From contig JBBRSB010000003.1 in the NCBI GenBank assembly GCA_038245785.1, forward strand, positions 64,001 to 128,000: a stretch of DNA of 64,000 nucleotides, read 5' to 3'. Position numbers and translations under genes: made by a program. The notes beneath the pieces were generated by a model. It saw nothing but the letters and a program-made list of their open reading frames with translations, searched no databases and was not told the origin of the DNA. Position 1 is the first letter of the stretch; every line of letters starts with the position of its first letter. The stretch comes from Gloeobacterales cyanobacterium (lineage in GTDB: Bacteria; Cyanobacteriota; Cyanobacteriia; Gloeobacterales; PMM-0068). This document shows, piece by piece, positions 19,311-29,479 of this stretch.

Positions 19311-22300
19311 TTGAAGTGTAAAGACCACATCAACCCAGTAGTTGCTCGATCGAAAAGGATCCATTGGGAACGCTCTGTTACCATACTTGTACACTCCGTT
19401 ACCATTGCTTGCACCATCTTGAAGTGCTTGTAAGGGTGGATTATTTACGCCTGCGGTTGCAAAGGCATCATTGTTAACAGAATAGAGTCCAACCTCGGTG
19501 TGATAAGACACAATCAATGTCGTGTTTGCCATGATCGGCACTGGGTTACTAAAACTAGCTTGCTGCCAACCGGAGGCGGTTTCATTCATGAATTTTACCG
19601 AGGCTAACTCCTCACCTGAACTATTCCATAAGGTTCCAATATGAGTACCTATATTATTGGCACCTTTAAAGAAGCGAATGCCTGTGATAAAACCATCTAC
19701 ATTGGATTGGAATTTGAGGCCCAGTTCGACCTCATTCGGATCGTTGACTTCTACTTGATCCGGAGTCGTTGAGTTGTTCCAGATACTACATGGACAGTTA
19801 GGTCCGCCAGCGGTTGTAAACGAGCCGTTGAAGTTTGCTTCTAGTGCATTACCAGATGGATCTTTAATGCGCGGATCAGTGGTGCCTCCTTTGACTTGAA
19901 ACGTGTAGGCCGTGGATGCAGTTAGGGTTGCATTGGGCTGTAACACCGCTGTGCGCGTCTCGGCATTATAGGAAAGCGTCGCAGCTACAACAGCGTTAGC
20001 TGGATCGCGTAACGTAAAAGTGCTGGCATTAACAGTGGATGGATCGATTGCCTCATTAAAGGTCACATTTACACTCGTATCAGCAGCGACGTTTGCCTCA
20101 CCGTTCGCAGGAACTGTTGAACTTACGGTTGGAGCAACTGTATCTTGACCGTAGGTTGCCACATAGGCTCCAGCAGTGGCTGGGAAGAAGGCATACTTGA
20201 TCCCTTTAATGGTTTCTTGGATATAGTCAACGTTGCTTCCATCTCGTGTAATGCCGTTGATCAGTGTGCCCGTTGTCGATTGTAGGGGCAGCATTGCCTG
20301 CAATCCAGTTGTATTGCTGCCTGGAGTAATCCTAAAACTCAAACTATTGCCATTCCAGGACAGCAAGCTAAATGAGGAATCCTGGCGACCATCGAGCCAG
20401 GTTAGCATTTGACGAGCGGAAACGACGGGCACCCCACGCGTTTTGGCAGATCCCACAACTGCGTCCGATTTTGACCGATCGCGATCGGTGTGTGCATTGA
20501 CGACAAAGGCACCATAATATCCTTCCGCGCCAATCGCTTTATCTAACAGAGTATCGATCGTAAATGGGTACACCTGCCCTGACTCATCTGTCATCTGCGT
20601 GGTCGCTTGGTAAACATCGATCGGAGTGCCATCAAGGTCTGCAAAGCGCATCACCATTCCACTGCCTGTGAAGAAACCTGGTTGTTTATCGACTCCTGGC
20701 TGTTTCTTATTCACCCAAGGACCGGGCCAGTAGTAATAGGTCGTATCAAGACGAATCCCGTTATTAAGCTCAGCTTTAGCCTGACTGACCCAATCGCTCC
20801 ATACAAGACAATGGCTTCGATTTGTAGTGGGTGCAGGGACACTAGGATAGTTATTGTGAAATTGTAGGAGTTGAGTGGTCAAGCTAGTTGTAATCGATTC
20901 AAGCGTGTAATTGGAACATTCGCGAGTTGTGGGCTGATCGGGGACAGTCGTGAGATGCAGCGCTACTTCAAAATTGTCAGATACGGCGTCGCCTGCGGTC
21001 TGATTATTGAAGCTCGTTGCACTGGTTTCAGGATAGACATAGGAGGTACTCCGTATACACTCCCATTTCTCCACAGAGCAGGAGGCAGGACTGGCGGTAC
21101 GATGTTCATTAAAGCGAGCAGCAGTGCCTCCTCTCGCGTGATCATCTCCTGTCAGGATTACAACTGCTTTCTTGCGATTTGGGAAATACCAGAAACGTGG
21201 AAGCGGCTTCTTCGCCAAGTTCATCTTCAAAATCAAGTTTGCCAACAAGCGCTGTTGTTCGTCTGCCTGGGGAATGGCAATTTTATCGGGGTTAACCCAA
21301 TCTTTGTTAGAAGCGAAAAGCGTATCGGGTGGACTACTTACATCAGCACAATTTGCTTTAGGTCCGCCGTAGTATGCATCGTCTGAGCGGATTGGTTCAC
21401 AACCATCGCGTTCTCGTGCTGTTTGCGGTTCCAGATTTGCCCACTGTGGATCTCCCTGGCGTGTGTAAACGATCGATTTCGCTAAGTCATAGGTAAATGC
21501 TGCCACCTGTCCCCCATTCGGACCAACACTGCGTAAGGTTAGCGCAGGATTCGCAGCACAGCTTCCTGCGTCTGCACTGGTGCACAGGGTTGCGAGACTA
21601 GCAGCACCATTCTTTAGCGTATAGGGATCAGCAGGACCATGAAACTGAATGGTTTCACCGACAATACCTTTACCCGGTTCTATCGAAGTATTGACCTGCA
21701 CATATTGATCCGAACGGGTTGTACCTGAAGCAATCAGTCCAATCAAATCAGTCAGCTGCTGGTTATTCTTGTCAGGACGCATGACAATGAGATTGCCACC
21801 TTGGTTGACCCAGTTGTTCAGCAAAGTGACCTTACTAGCATCCACAGGGGTCTCGCCCAAGAGCGTAATATCAGCACTATTGAGCGTTTGTTCTGAAACT
21901 AAATTAATATCCGTGACACTAAAGGCATTGAATCCTTCATTCCGCAAAATCTCGGCGTAGTACTTGCTGAAGGGATTTCCAGGATTTGTAATCACTAGGA
22001 TAGGACCTCCCGGTCCTAGATCAGGTAGCCGTTGAATAGCGTTCGCTGATATCCGGGGAGCTGCTGATCGACGACTCCTATCCGATGAGCTGGGTTGGGT
22101 GGGAACCTGAAGGCTTTGGCGGGGTTGACTCGTTGCCAAATCTCGCAAGATAATTTTCCCATCTCTACCTGCACTCGCAAACGCCTTTCCGTCTGGGCTA
22201 AAAGCAAGTGCGGTAATAGAATTCGGTTGTGCTCGTACGAGTTGTCTTTGTCTTTGGGCACCTGGGAGCGGTCGCCCCGTTCTTAAGTTCCACTGAATGA

Positions 22301-23141
22301 TTGAATTGTCGTCGCTTCCACTGATTAACGTCTTACCATCGGGGCTGAAAGCAACTGCTTTGATCGGACGGGGCTGACCACGAAGAATCTGCCGCTGTTG
22401 CCCAGTTGAGCTGTTCCATTGGATGAGGAGGCTGTCATCCCCCCCGCTGACAAGGGTTGTTCCGTCTGGACTGAACGCAAGTGCCCTGGCGGGTTGCGTG
22501 TGTCCCTGAAGTAATTGGCGCTGTTGTCCTGTTCCCACATCCCACAGCTGGACTGTGGCATCCCAGCTTCCGCTTGCTAATGTTTTTCCATCCGGACTAA
22601 AGGCAATGCCTACTACACCATTAGCGTGTCCTTTCAGAATCTGACGCTTCTTACCTGTTGCGACATCCCACACAATCACTTGATTATCATTACTTCCACT
22701 CGCTAGGAGTTTTCCATCAGCACTGAAGGCCACTTTATTGACGAAGTCTCTATGTCCTTCTAGAAACTGGCGTAGCTTACCAGATTTTGCATCCCACAAT
22801 CCGACCACTGTATCTAGTCCCGCACTCGCGATCGTGGTTCCATCAGGACTGAAGGCGACGGTGCTAATGGGATGTTCATGTCCCAAAAAAATCTGGCGTT
22901 GTTTCCCCGTTGGACGATCCCACAAGCGAATGACAGTATCGTTACCGACGCTGACTAAGGACTTCGTATCAGAGGAAAATGCGATCGAAGTAATTCGATT
23001 TGCTGAGGTTGAACTTTGGGGAGTCTGTTTTTGTGGAGTCTGTGCTGAGAGGATTGAGACTGGAAGCTTGATCAGCCCTGGCAGAAGAATTAGAAAGGCA
23101 ATGTAGCAAAAAAATGTAGCATATCTAAACAATCGGCTCAT
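19308..23141 (-). CDS. Secreted WD40-repeat + deacetylase-like + Ig-like + DUF4082 protein
   Basis: Signal-like N-terminus, about 7 GH...AFSPDG...WD repeats, ILTGDDH/RSH/RLDTTY region, Big_5-like TFNEAIDP, C-terminal NYWVDVVF. Confidence 0.82.
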   Translation of the reverse strand: MSRLFRYATFFCYIAFLILLPGLIKLPVSILSAQTPQKQTPQSSTSANRITSIAFSSDTKSLVSVGNDTVIRLWDRPTGKQRQIFLGHEHPISTVAFSPDGTTIASAGLDTVVGLWDAKSGKLRQFLEGHRDFVNKVAFSADGKLLASGSNDNQVIVWDVATGKKRQILKGHANGVVGIAFSPDGKTLASGSWDATVQLWDVGTGQQRQLLQGHTQPARALAFSPDGTTLVSGGDDSLLIQWNSSTGQQRQILRGQPRPIKAVAFSPDGKTLISGSDDNSIIQWNLRTGRPLPGAQRQRQLVRAQPNSITALAFSPDGKAFASAGRDGKIILRDLATSQPRQSLQVPTQPSSSDRSRRSAAPRISANAIQRLPDLGPGGPILVITNPGNPFSKYYAEILRNEGFNAFSVTDINLVSEQTLNSADITLLGETPVDASKVTLLNNWVNQGGNLIVMRPDKNNQQLTDLIGLIASGTTRSDQYVQVNTSIEPGKGIVGETIQFHGPADPYTLKNGAASLATLCTSADAGSCAANPALTLRSVGPNGGQVAAFTYDLAKSIVYTRQGDPQWANLEPQTARERDGCEPIRSDDAYYGGPKANCADVSSPPDTLFASNKDWVNPDKIAIPQADEQQRLLANLILKMNLAKKPLPRFWYFPNRKKAVVILTGDDHARGGTAARFNEHRTASPASCSVEKWECIRSTSYVYPETSATSFNNQTAGDAVSDNFEVALHLTTVPDQPTTRECSNYTLESITTSLTTQLLQFHNNYPSVPAPTTNRSHCLVWSDWVSQAKAELNNGIRLDTTYYYWPGPWVNKKQPGVDKQPGFFTGSGMVMRFADLDGTPIDVYQATTQMTDESGQVYPFTIDTLLDKAIGAEGYYGAFVVNAHTDRDRSKSDAVVGSAKTRGVPVVSARQMLTWLDGRQDSSFSLLSWNGNSLSFRITPGSNTTGLQAMLPLQSTTGTLINGITRDGSNVDYIQETIKGIKYAFFPATAGAYVATYGQDTVAPTVSSTVPANGEANVAADTSVNVTFNEAIDPSTVNASTFTLRDPANAVVAATLSYNAETRTAVLQPNATLTASTAYTFQVKGGTTDPRIKDPSGNALEANFNGSFTTAGGPNCPCSIWNNSTTPDQVEVNDPNEVELGLKFQSNVDGFITGIRFFKGANNIGTHIGTLWNSSGEELASVKFMNETASGWQQASFSNPVPIMANTTLIVSYHTEVGLYSVNNDAFATAGVNNPPLQALQDGASNGNGVYKYGNRAFPMDPFRSSNYWVDVVFTLQ

Positions 23142-23741
23142 TGCAATCACATCCTTTACTGAATTCCTAAAATTTGATGAAATAACCAACTCGCCATGAC
23201 GGTTACAAGATATTGACGCACTGGAACATTGAACTACTTTCCCCTTCAGCAGCCAGGATTGGAATTTCCCTTCGATGTTTACTCAAACTGAAATTGATAT
23301 TGCAAACATACTCATAGTCATTTAAAAAAAGACAGAAAAGAGTGTGCTTTCCGGAATGCAGAGATCCTATTGAAGAGCTAAGTTTCTATATACTATTTAG
23401 ACATCTGGCTTAATGCACAAACATCTAAGGACAAATATACTTAGCAAAAATAGAATGTCAATTGGAAGATCTTTCGGTGAATTTTGTCAGCTCTTAGGTG
23501 ATTGTTGACTTCACTAAAATTTATTTATTTTGGTCGAAATATTAGATTTTATGTGGATAAATAGCAGCATCCGGTTGACAATGACTGCTGAGCAAGTCAT
23601 TAGCTGGTTAAAGTTCGGCTAAAGTTTCTATAGACACATCCTACAAACCCAGCCTGTAACCAACTTTGAATTTTCATGAAGACGCGGTTCCCTGACCGTG
23701 GGATACTGCGATCAAGACTTATTGAGAGCAGTATCCGCCCC

Positions 23742-24455
23742 ATGCGTTCTTTCGTTTATCACACTCCTGAGTTAGTACCGTCCGAGCCGATGCCGGATTG
23801 TGCGGTGGTCATTGATGTACTCAGGGCTACTACTACCATCGCCGCCGCCTTAGCGAATGGGGCAGAAGCAGTCCAAACTTTTGCAGACTTGCAAGAACTG
23901 AATCAGGTGAGTGAGCACTGGCCTGCGGATCAGCGTATCCGCTGTGGCGAACGGGGTGGAAAACAGGTAGATGGATTTGATATCGGTAATTCTCCCTTTG
24001 AGTTCACGCCCGAAGTGGTGGCGGGAAAGCGAATTTTTATGAGTACTACCAATGGGACGCGCTCTTTGAGTCGGGTTGAGAAAAGCCCCGTACTTGTAAC
24101 CGCTTCTTTCTCTAACATTAGTAGTGTCAAGAAGTTTTTATATGAACGCGCCTTTGAGACCGTCTGGTTTGTCGGTTCCGGTTGGGAGGGCAGTTTTTCT
24201 CTAGAAGACACCGTATGCGCGGGGGCTTTGGTGCATCTTCTGGACAGCGACTTTGGTAATGACGAAGCAGTGGCAGCAGCAGCCCTATACCGAGTTTGGG
24301 CGGATAACCTGGTAGGACTTTTTGAACTAGCCAGCCACGGAAAACGGTTATTGAATTTGGACAAACGTAAAGACCTGGCCTACTGTGCCGAATTCGATAC
24401 GGTAGATGTCTTGCCGATTCAGATCAGCCCCGGTGTACTGGCCCTTGCGAAGTAG
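23742..24455 (+). CDS. comB: 2-phosphosulfolactate phosphatase family protein
   Basis: VVIDVLRATTT, GERGG, GNSP, STTNGT, SLEDTVCAG. Confidence 0.93.
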   Translation: MRSFVYHTPELVPSEPMPDCAVVIDVLRATTTIAAALANGAEAVQTFADLQELNQVSEHWPADQRIRCGERGGKQVDGFDIGNSPFEFTPEVVAGKRIFMSTTNGTRSLSRVEKSPVLVTASFSNISSVKKFLYERAFETVWFVGSGWEGSFSLEDTVCAGALVHLLDSDFGNDEAVAAAALYRVWADNLVGLFELASHGKRLLNLDKRKDLAYCAEFDTVDVLPIQISPGVLALAK

Positions 24456-24877
24456 TCTAGGCCTAAGGTCGCCCTGAGATATTCATAGAAACTCAGAAAA
24501 TACACATATCTTGCTTAGGAAAAGATAGGAAGCAATTTTATGCAAATTTGCTTGTCTTTGCTCAGCTCCTTCTCTGTTTACATTGCGTAATTCTTTACCA
24601 TACGCCAGGGAAATTTATATGAAATCATCTTACAAACATAATAAACAGAGCATATAAAAGGGGAATTTACAGTAATCTCATTAGGAATTTATCAAAAGTT
24701 CATAATGAGACCAATTCGTCTTCGCTACAATTTTGCCCAGTAGTCTCAGTGTAAATACTTATTTATGTAACAAAAAGCACATTTAGTGACGGTATGTACG
24801 TAATAGTACGTAGACATTGCAGTAGGGCCGCCTGCTGAATGCAACAAAAAGTAATCCCCAGCAATAAATTTCGGAAA

Positions 24878-24978
24878 GAGTGAGCGGGCCTTGCAGGTTT
24901 TTAAATCGCGGCCTCTCCTCCAATAGCCCTTTGGCTGTTTAAAGCAAAGAAGGGCCGTAGTCCAGAGATGGTGTGTCC
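24878..24978 (+). promoter_or_regulatory. Conserved structured leader (copy A) upstream of the wza operon
   Basis: GAGTGAGCGGGCC..GGTTTTTAAATC..GGCCTCTCCTC, GCCCTT..AAGGGC, AGAGATGGTGTG; preceded by TAAATT at 24865-24870. Confidence 0.78.
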
Positions 24979-25022
24979 AAACAACGTGAAAGTTGCCCAT
25001 GCTACAGGAGTTGAACAAGTCC

Positions 25023-26015
25023 ATGCTCTTTCAAAAGCGCTCTTCGACCGCACATATCGGCCTATCCATGGGGCTTCTAGGCACCGCTTTTATCCTCTCA
25101 ACGGCACAGGTCTCAGCTAATACGCTGAGTGCTTTCGACCGCATTTCGGTTGCTGTTATCAATGGAGAGGAATTCAGCTCGGCAAGAGGAGCTGTGGATG
25201 AAGGGTTTCTCATTGGAGAGGATGGTCAGGTTTTTATCCCTCAGTTGGGCAAGATGCGAGCCGCTGGGCGGGAAGAGTCAGAACTCCAGTCGGATCTTGT
25301 CGATCGCTTGCGGGAGTATATCAGAGTGCCCAGCGTGTCGGTACGTCTAGTCTCTGTCAGTCCTGTGTCTATTGATGTGAGTGGTGCGGTGTACCGACCG
25401 GGGACGGTCACCCTTCTACCGGATGCAGCCACCCAAGCCAGTATTAAAGATGTAGGAGTTTTGCGCACCGCTTTCAATGCGATTAGAAAAGCAGGCGGGG
25501 TCCGTCCAGATGCAAACCTGGCAGGTATCGAGATTGAGCATGAAGGTAAGCGAAAAACACTTGCGCTAGGCCAGGATACTTCTGTAATCACGGGGGACCG
25601 GATTATTATCTCCAGCTTGGGAACAGCACAAATGGATGCCAATAATGTGCCATCGCAACTAGCACCTAGCGAAATCAGCGTCTACGTCTCGGGGCAAGAT
25701 TTGCCCCCTGCTGCCATTGGTGCTGTAAAAGTCAAACCGGGCACTCCTTTATCTGGAGCCTTGACTGCTGCAGGAGCGACCGGACAAAGCTTTTTGCGTA
25801 GTGACCGAGAAGTGGTACTTATCCGTGGCAATCCAACCACGGGCAAACGAGACCTAATGTCCTACAGACTCGACAAAATAGTGACCGGGGAGACGGACCC
25901 AAAGCTACTACAGGATGACAGCATTCTAGTTAATGCGGGTTCTACAGCCAATACGGCTAGTTTTTTGGGCTTTCTTGAGCCTCTTTTCAATCCGCTCAAG
26001 CTTTTACTCCGCTAA
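25023..26015 (+). CDS. wza: Polysaccharide export protein (Wza/OPX, SLBB domains)
   Basis: Signal peptide, DGQVFIPQLG..RAAG poly_export motif, V.GAVYRPG, AI..AGG; start could also be 24999. Confidence 0.85.
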   Translation: MLFQKRSSTAHIGLSMGLLGTAFILSTAQVSANTLSAFDRISVAVINGEEFSSARGAVDEGFLIGEDGQVFIPQLGKMRAAGREESELQSDLVDRLREYIRVPSVSVRLVSVSPVSIDVSGAVYRPGTVTLLPDAATQASIKDVGVLRTAFNAIRKAGGVRPDANLAGIEIEHEGKRKTLALGQDTSVITGDRIIISSLGTAQMDANNVPSQLAPSEISVYVSGQDLPPAAIGAVKVKPGTPLSGALTAAGATGQSFLRSDREVVLIRGNPTTGKRDLMSYRLDKIVTGETDPKLLQDDSILVNAGSTANTASFLGFLEPLFNPLKLLLR

Positions 26016-26072
26016 CTTCAGCACCCATTTCTGCATCAACTGTAATCAACTGTTCATGGAGTACCAAAGTTT

Positions 26073-28133
26073 ATGAGTAACGTTACTGCCATTATCCGCA
26101 GACACTGGAAGCCTTTGCTGGCCTTAAACTGTGCTCTGTTCGCCGCCACTGTGAGTGTTGCTCTATATTGGCCACGCACATGGACAGCTACTGCCAAAGT
26201 TATTCTGCCCAATGTGACGGGAGGACTAGATGCCAGCCTGGGCACCTTGGGAAATCTCCGTGATACAGGAAACGGATTCACTCAAGAAGTGAACCCCCCT
26301 ACAATTCAAGCCACGATTCTCAAAAGTGATGATGTAATTCAGCGCGTATGGATGGATGATCCCGAGAAAGACCTATACAAAAAGCTGGACCAGTATGCCA
26401 GTTTGTTCAAGGTGTCTCCTAAGGATCAATCTACCGTGATTGATATAGAGGTCCGGGGCTCCAGCGCAGAAGGTGTCCAGGCACGCGCACAGGCGCTCCT
26501 TGCAGCATACCAACAGCGTTTGAACGAACTACGCAAGGATGATGCAGCGGTACGCGAAAAATTCAGTCGAGAGGAGCTCGAAGCAAGTCAGCGTGATCTA
26601 TCCCAAGCGCAGCTTGCCCTTTCCAAGTTTAAGCAGGCTACGGGACTGGTCAATGTCAATGAGCAGACCAGAGCACTCGCCAGTTCTATCAGCACCTTAA
26701 CTGCAGCACAGACACAGGCTCTAGGGGAGGGCAAAGCTGCTGAGATTCGGAGTAAGGTTCTAGCATCGCGCATTGGCATGACTCCTGAGCAAGCCTTCGG
26801 TTCACTGCGTCTTGGCGAGAACAAAGAGTACCAGGCTATCCGGCAGAAGCTATCGGAAGTTGAAATTGCTTTGACCGATGCGCGTGGACTCTACACCGAC
26901 AAGAATGATCGGGTACAGTCCCTGCTCTTACGCCGAGAAGAACTCCTGAATGCGCTCAAGCAAGAAGTTACCAAAGCCCTTCCCCAAGGAGCAACGCAAG
27001 GGATGGATACAACCTTGGGGGGAAACAACTATAGGGATGCCCGGATTGACCTGATTGTGCAACTTATCGAAGCAGAAAGCACAGGCAATGGAGATAAGCA
27101 GCAGGCTGCCCAAATTCAGAAGCAGCTAGATAAGTTCAATACCAATCTCAGGTCCTTTGGAAAAGATGAGGCCATACTACTAGAACTACAGCGCAAATAT
27201 GACATCACTGAGGGTGTGTACAAGGGCTTAGTCGCTCAGATAGAGCAAGCCAAGGTCAATGCCTTCAACAGCTATCCGAATGTGCAAACGCTTGACCAGC
27301 CCCATGTTGACCCCAAACCTACGAGTCCTAAAATATTCCTGATTGCCCTGGGGGGTGCGCTGGGTTCAATCTTTGGAAGCCTAGCGCTGGCCCTGGGTTT
27401 GGAAAGCCGCAACCCCCTATTTGGCCCAAGAGATTTACAGAGAACGGAGTTGCCCGTCCTTGCGCGTATGCCAAAGTTTGCAAATCCCGCATCAAATTCA
27501 GAACTCGCTCTTGCTAGGGAAGATTCGGTATTCCAACGGCTTGCTTCGGCGGTCAGCGTCATGCCGTTAGAGAACCAGCGTCTACTGGTCACTAGCTCAA
27601 CCTTCGGGGAGGGGAAAACGAGTATAACGCTAGGGTTAGCTCTAGCCTTGAATGCCCTGGGGTTTCGGGTCCTCCTTGTGGATGGGGACTTCCGCAAAGC
27701 AGACCTGAGTGGTCGCTTTGCAGCAATGCAAAAGATGACGGAACAGTTAGCCGATGCTGGGCAGCCCATCCCGATACGCGATGGTCTTGATCTGCTACGT
27801 ACCGAAGCAAAACAGGAAAGAATCGGAGAATTTGTGCTCCGTGGCGGTTTAGAACAAACTATCGATAGATTGCAGGCTAACAATCACTACGACTACGTCC
27901 TGGTAGATAGCCCACCGATGAGCCTAACCAGTGAAGCATCGCTGATGGTTACGTACCTCCAAAATGTTTTGTTTGTGGTCCGTCCTGGCGTCAGTGACCG
28001 CTATGCGGTAACAGAGAGTCTTGAGCAGCTTGCGCGGCAGAATGCCCACACCATTGGTCTATGCATTAACGGGCTAGAGACACGGACGGAAGGATACCGC
28101 TATGGACGTAGTGAAGCTCAGGTAGGAACATGA
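26073..28133 (+). CDS. wzc: Polysaccharide co-polymerase / tyrosine autokinase (Wzc/GumC)
   Basis: Two TM segments flanking a coiled coil, Walker A TSSTFGEGKTS, LVDGDFR, VLVDSPP, C-terminal GYRYG. Confidence 0.9.
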   Translation: MSNVTAIIRRHWKPLLALNCALFAATVSVALYWPRTWTATAKVILPNVTGGLDASLGTLGNLRDTGNGFTQEVNPPTIQATILKSDDVIQRVWMDDPEKDLYKKLDQYASLFKVSPKDQSTVIDIEVRGSSAEGVQARAQALLAAYQQRLNELRKDDAAVREKFSREELEASQRDLSQAQLALSKFKQATGLVNVNEQTRALASSISTLTAAQTQALGEGKAAEIRSKVLASRIGMTPEQAFGSLRLGENKEYQAIRQKLSEVEIALTDARGLYTDKNDRVQSLLLRREELLNALKQEVTKALPQGATQGMDTTLGGNNYRDARIDLIVQLIEAESTGNGDKQQAAQIQKQLDKFNTNLRSFGKDEAILLELQRKYDITEGVYKGLVAQIEQAKVNAFNSYPNVQTLDQPHVDPKPTSPKIFLIALGGALGSIFGSLALALGLESRNPLFGPRDLQRTELPVLARMPKFANPASNSELALAREDSVFQRLASAVSVMPLENQRLLVTSSTFGEGKTSITLGLALALNALGFRVLLVDGDFRKADLSGRFAAMQKMTEQLADAGQPIPIRDGLDLLRTEAKQERIGEFVLRGGLEQTIDRLQANNHYDYVLVDSPPMSLTSEASLMVTYLQNVLFVVRPGVSDRYAVTESLEQLARQNAHTIGLCINGLETRTEGYRYGRSEAQVGT

Positions 28134-29479
28134 TTCAACTGTGGGATTCATCCCTGTCTATCGCTACTCGACCTATTAAACCAGAGGAGCCTACAGGTCC
28201 TTTGCAAGGGTATGGGATTCGCTGGAAAACCCTGACCAGAGCGGAGCAGTTAGTCTGCGCAAGCATTGCTCTGCTGCCCCTTTGGTGGATATTGGGATGG
28301 AGCTGGACGCTTGCGGTGTGGATGCTGGGTATAATAGCCCACGATATTTTTCGCTATGGCAATCTCCGTTTTAAGAGTCCAACTTTATCAGCAGCTGCAT
28401 TACTGGCTTTCGGGTTTTATACCCTCATCAATTCAAATCTTAGAAGTCCTACTTTCAATCTGAACTCCGTGATCGGTCCGACAACGCTGTGGATTTGTGC
28501 TGGTTTGGCGCTTTGGTACATACAGAGCAACGACATCCGCATACGTCCGCAGGTTATGGCCTGGGCCTTCTCGGTTAGCATCATCCAGATGATTGTGTTC
28601 TGGCTAATAGTTCACTTTGGCCTGTCAGAGCATAGCTATATTCCATACCGTACTCTTTTTGGATTCCTGACAGATAAGGGTGAGCAGTTTATCCCCGGTG
28701 CCGGTAATGCTAATTATCTAAAACCCTATGAGCCGAGCGAGAAAGGATTAGGGGGCTTGGCTCGTTACAGCTTTTTCTTCGCTCACCCATCTACCTGTGC
28801 CCTGTGGGTAGGCTTTGCCGCCCTGCTGAGCTTAGATATGAAAAACCGTATCTGGGCAACATACATGGTTTTGGGGTGTTCTTTCTTATTATTGTTAGGC
28901 CAAACTCGCTCTGCCTGGCTTGCTTTTCCCGTGGCGCTGGCAGCTCGCTACTTTTTCAATAGAAGTAAAGTTTTCCTTTTTGCCCTCGTTTCAGTGGTGA
29001 GTCTTGCCGTATTGTCGCTTCCTCCAATTACTGATTCACTCCTTGGTAATTACACAGGGGCTATAGAAGCAACGAGTCATCTCCGCAAAGATTCAAGCAA
29101 GGTTCGTAATTTAATTTATGCGCGGACCTTGGAACGTATTCCAGAAGAACTACTTTTAGGACATGGCATCAATGGACCAACAGTTCTACCGGGGTTCGAT
29201 GCTGGACGTATTGGATCCCATAGCTTCTTTCTTGGAACGCTGCTCTATAAAGCTGGCGTATTGGGCACAGCCATTTTTACAACTTTTCTAGTTTCTCTCT
29301 TCTTATGGCTCGCTAGAACTAAAACAGGTAGGCCTACCTGTTGCTTTTTTATATTTCTGTATTTTGGACTGAATTTACTGGTCGAAGAGCCTGAGATAGT
29401 AACAGTTTTACTCGTCTTACTCTGCACCTTATTAAGGGAGACTGCGATAACTCTTAAGGGAGGATTGGACCATGCGTAA
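28130..29479 (+). CDS. O-antigen ligase/Wzy-family polymerase
   Basis: Multiple TM segments, FF.HP, TRSAW, LLGHG, GSHS motifs; follows wzc. Confidence 0.8.
   Translation: MIQLWDSSLSIATRPIKPEEPTGPLQGYGIRWKTLTRAEQLVCASIALLPLWWILGWSWTLAVWMLGIIAHDIFRYGNLRFKSPTLSAAALLAFGFYTLINSNLRSPTFNLNSVIGPTTLWICAGLALWYIQSNDIRIRPQVMAWAFSVSIIQMIVFWLIVHFGLSEHSYIPYRTLFGFLTDKGEQFIPGAGNANYLKPYEPSEKGLGGLARYSFFFAHPSTCALWVGFAALLSLDMKNRIWATYMVLGCSFLLLLGQTRSAWLAFPVALAARYFFNRSKVFLFALVSVVSLAVLSLPPITDSLLGNYTGAIEATSHLRKDSSKVRNLIYARTLERIPEELLLGHGINGPTVLPGFDAGRIGSHSFFLGTLLYKAGVLGTAIFTTFLVSLFLWLARTKTGRPTCCFFIFLYFGLNLLVEEPEIVTVLLVLLCTLLRETAITLKGGLDHA

Noticed and set aside
4822..23700. Integrative element or IS bounding the first polysaccharide block
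   Set aside because: No integrase or transposase ORF and no att-like direct repeat seen
24878..24978. Leader considered as a known riboswitch such as c-di-GMP-I
   Set aside because: Lacks the GNRA tetraloop/receptor and conserved core of that class; no other class was recognised by eye, and an Rfam search is still needed
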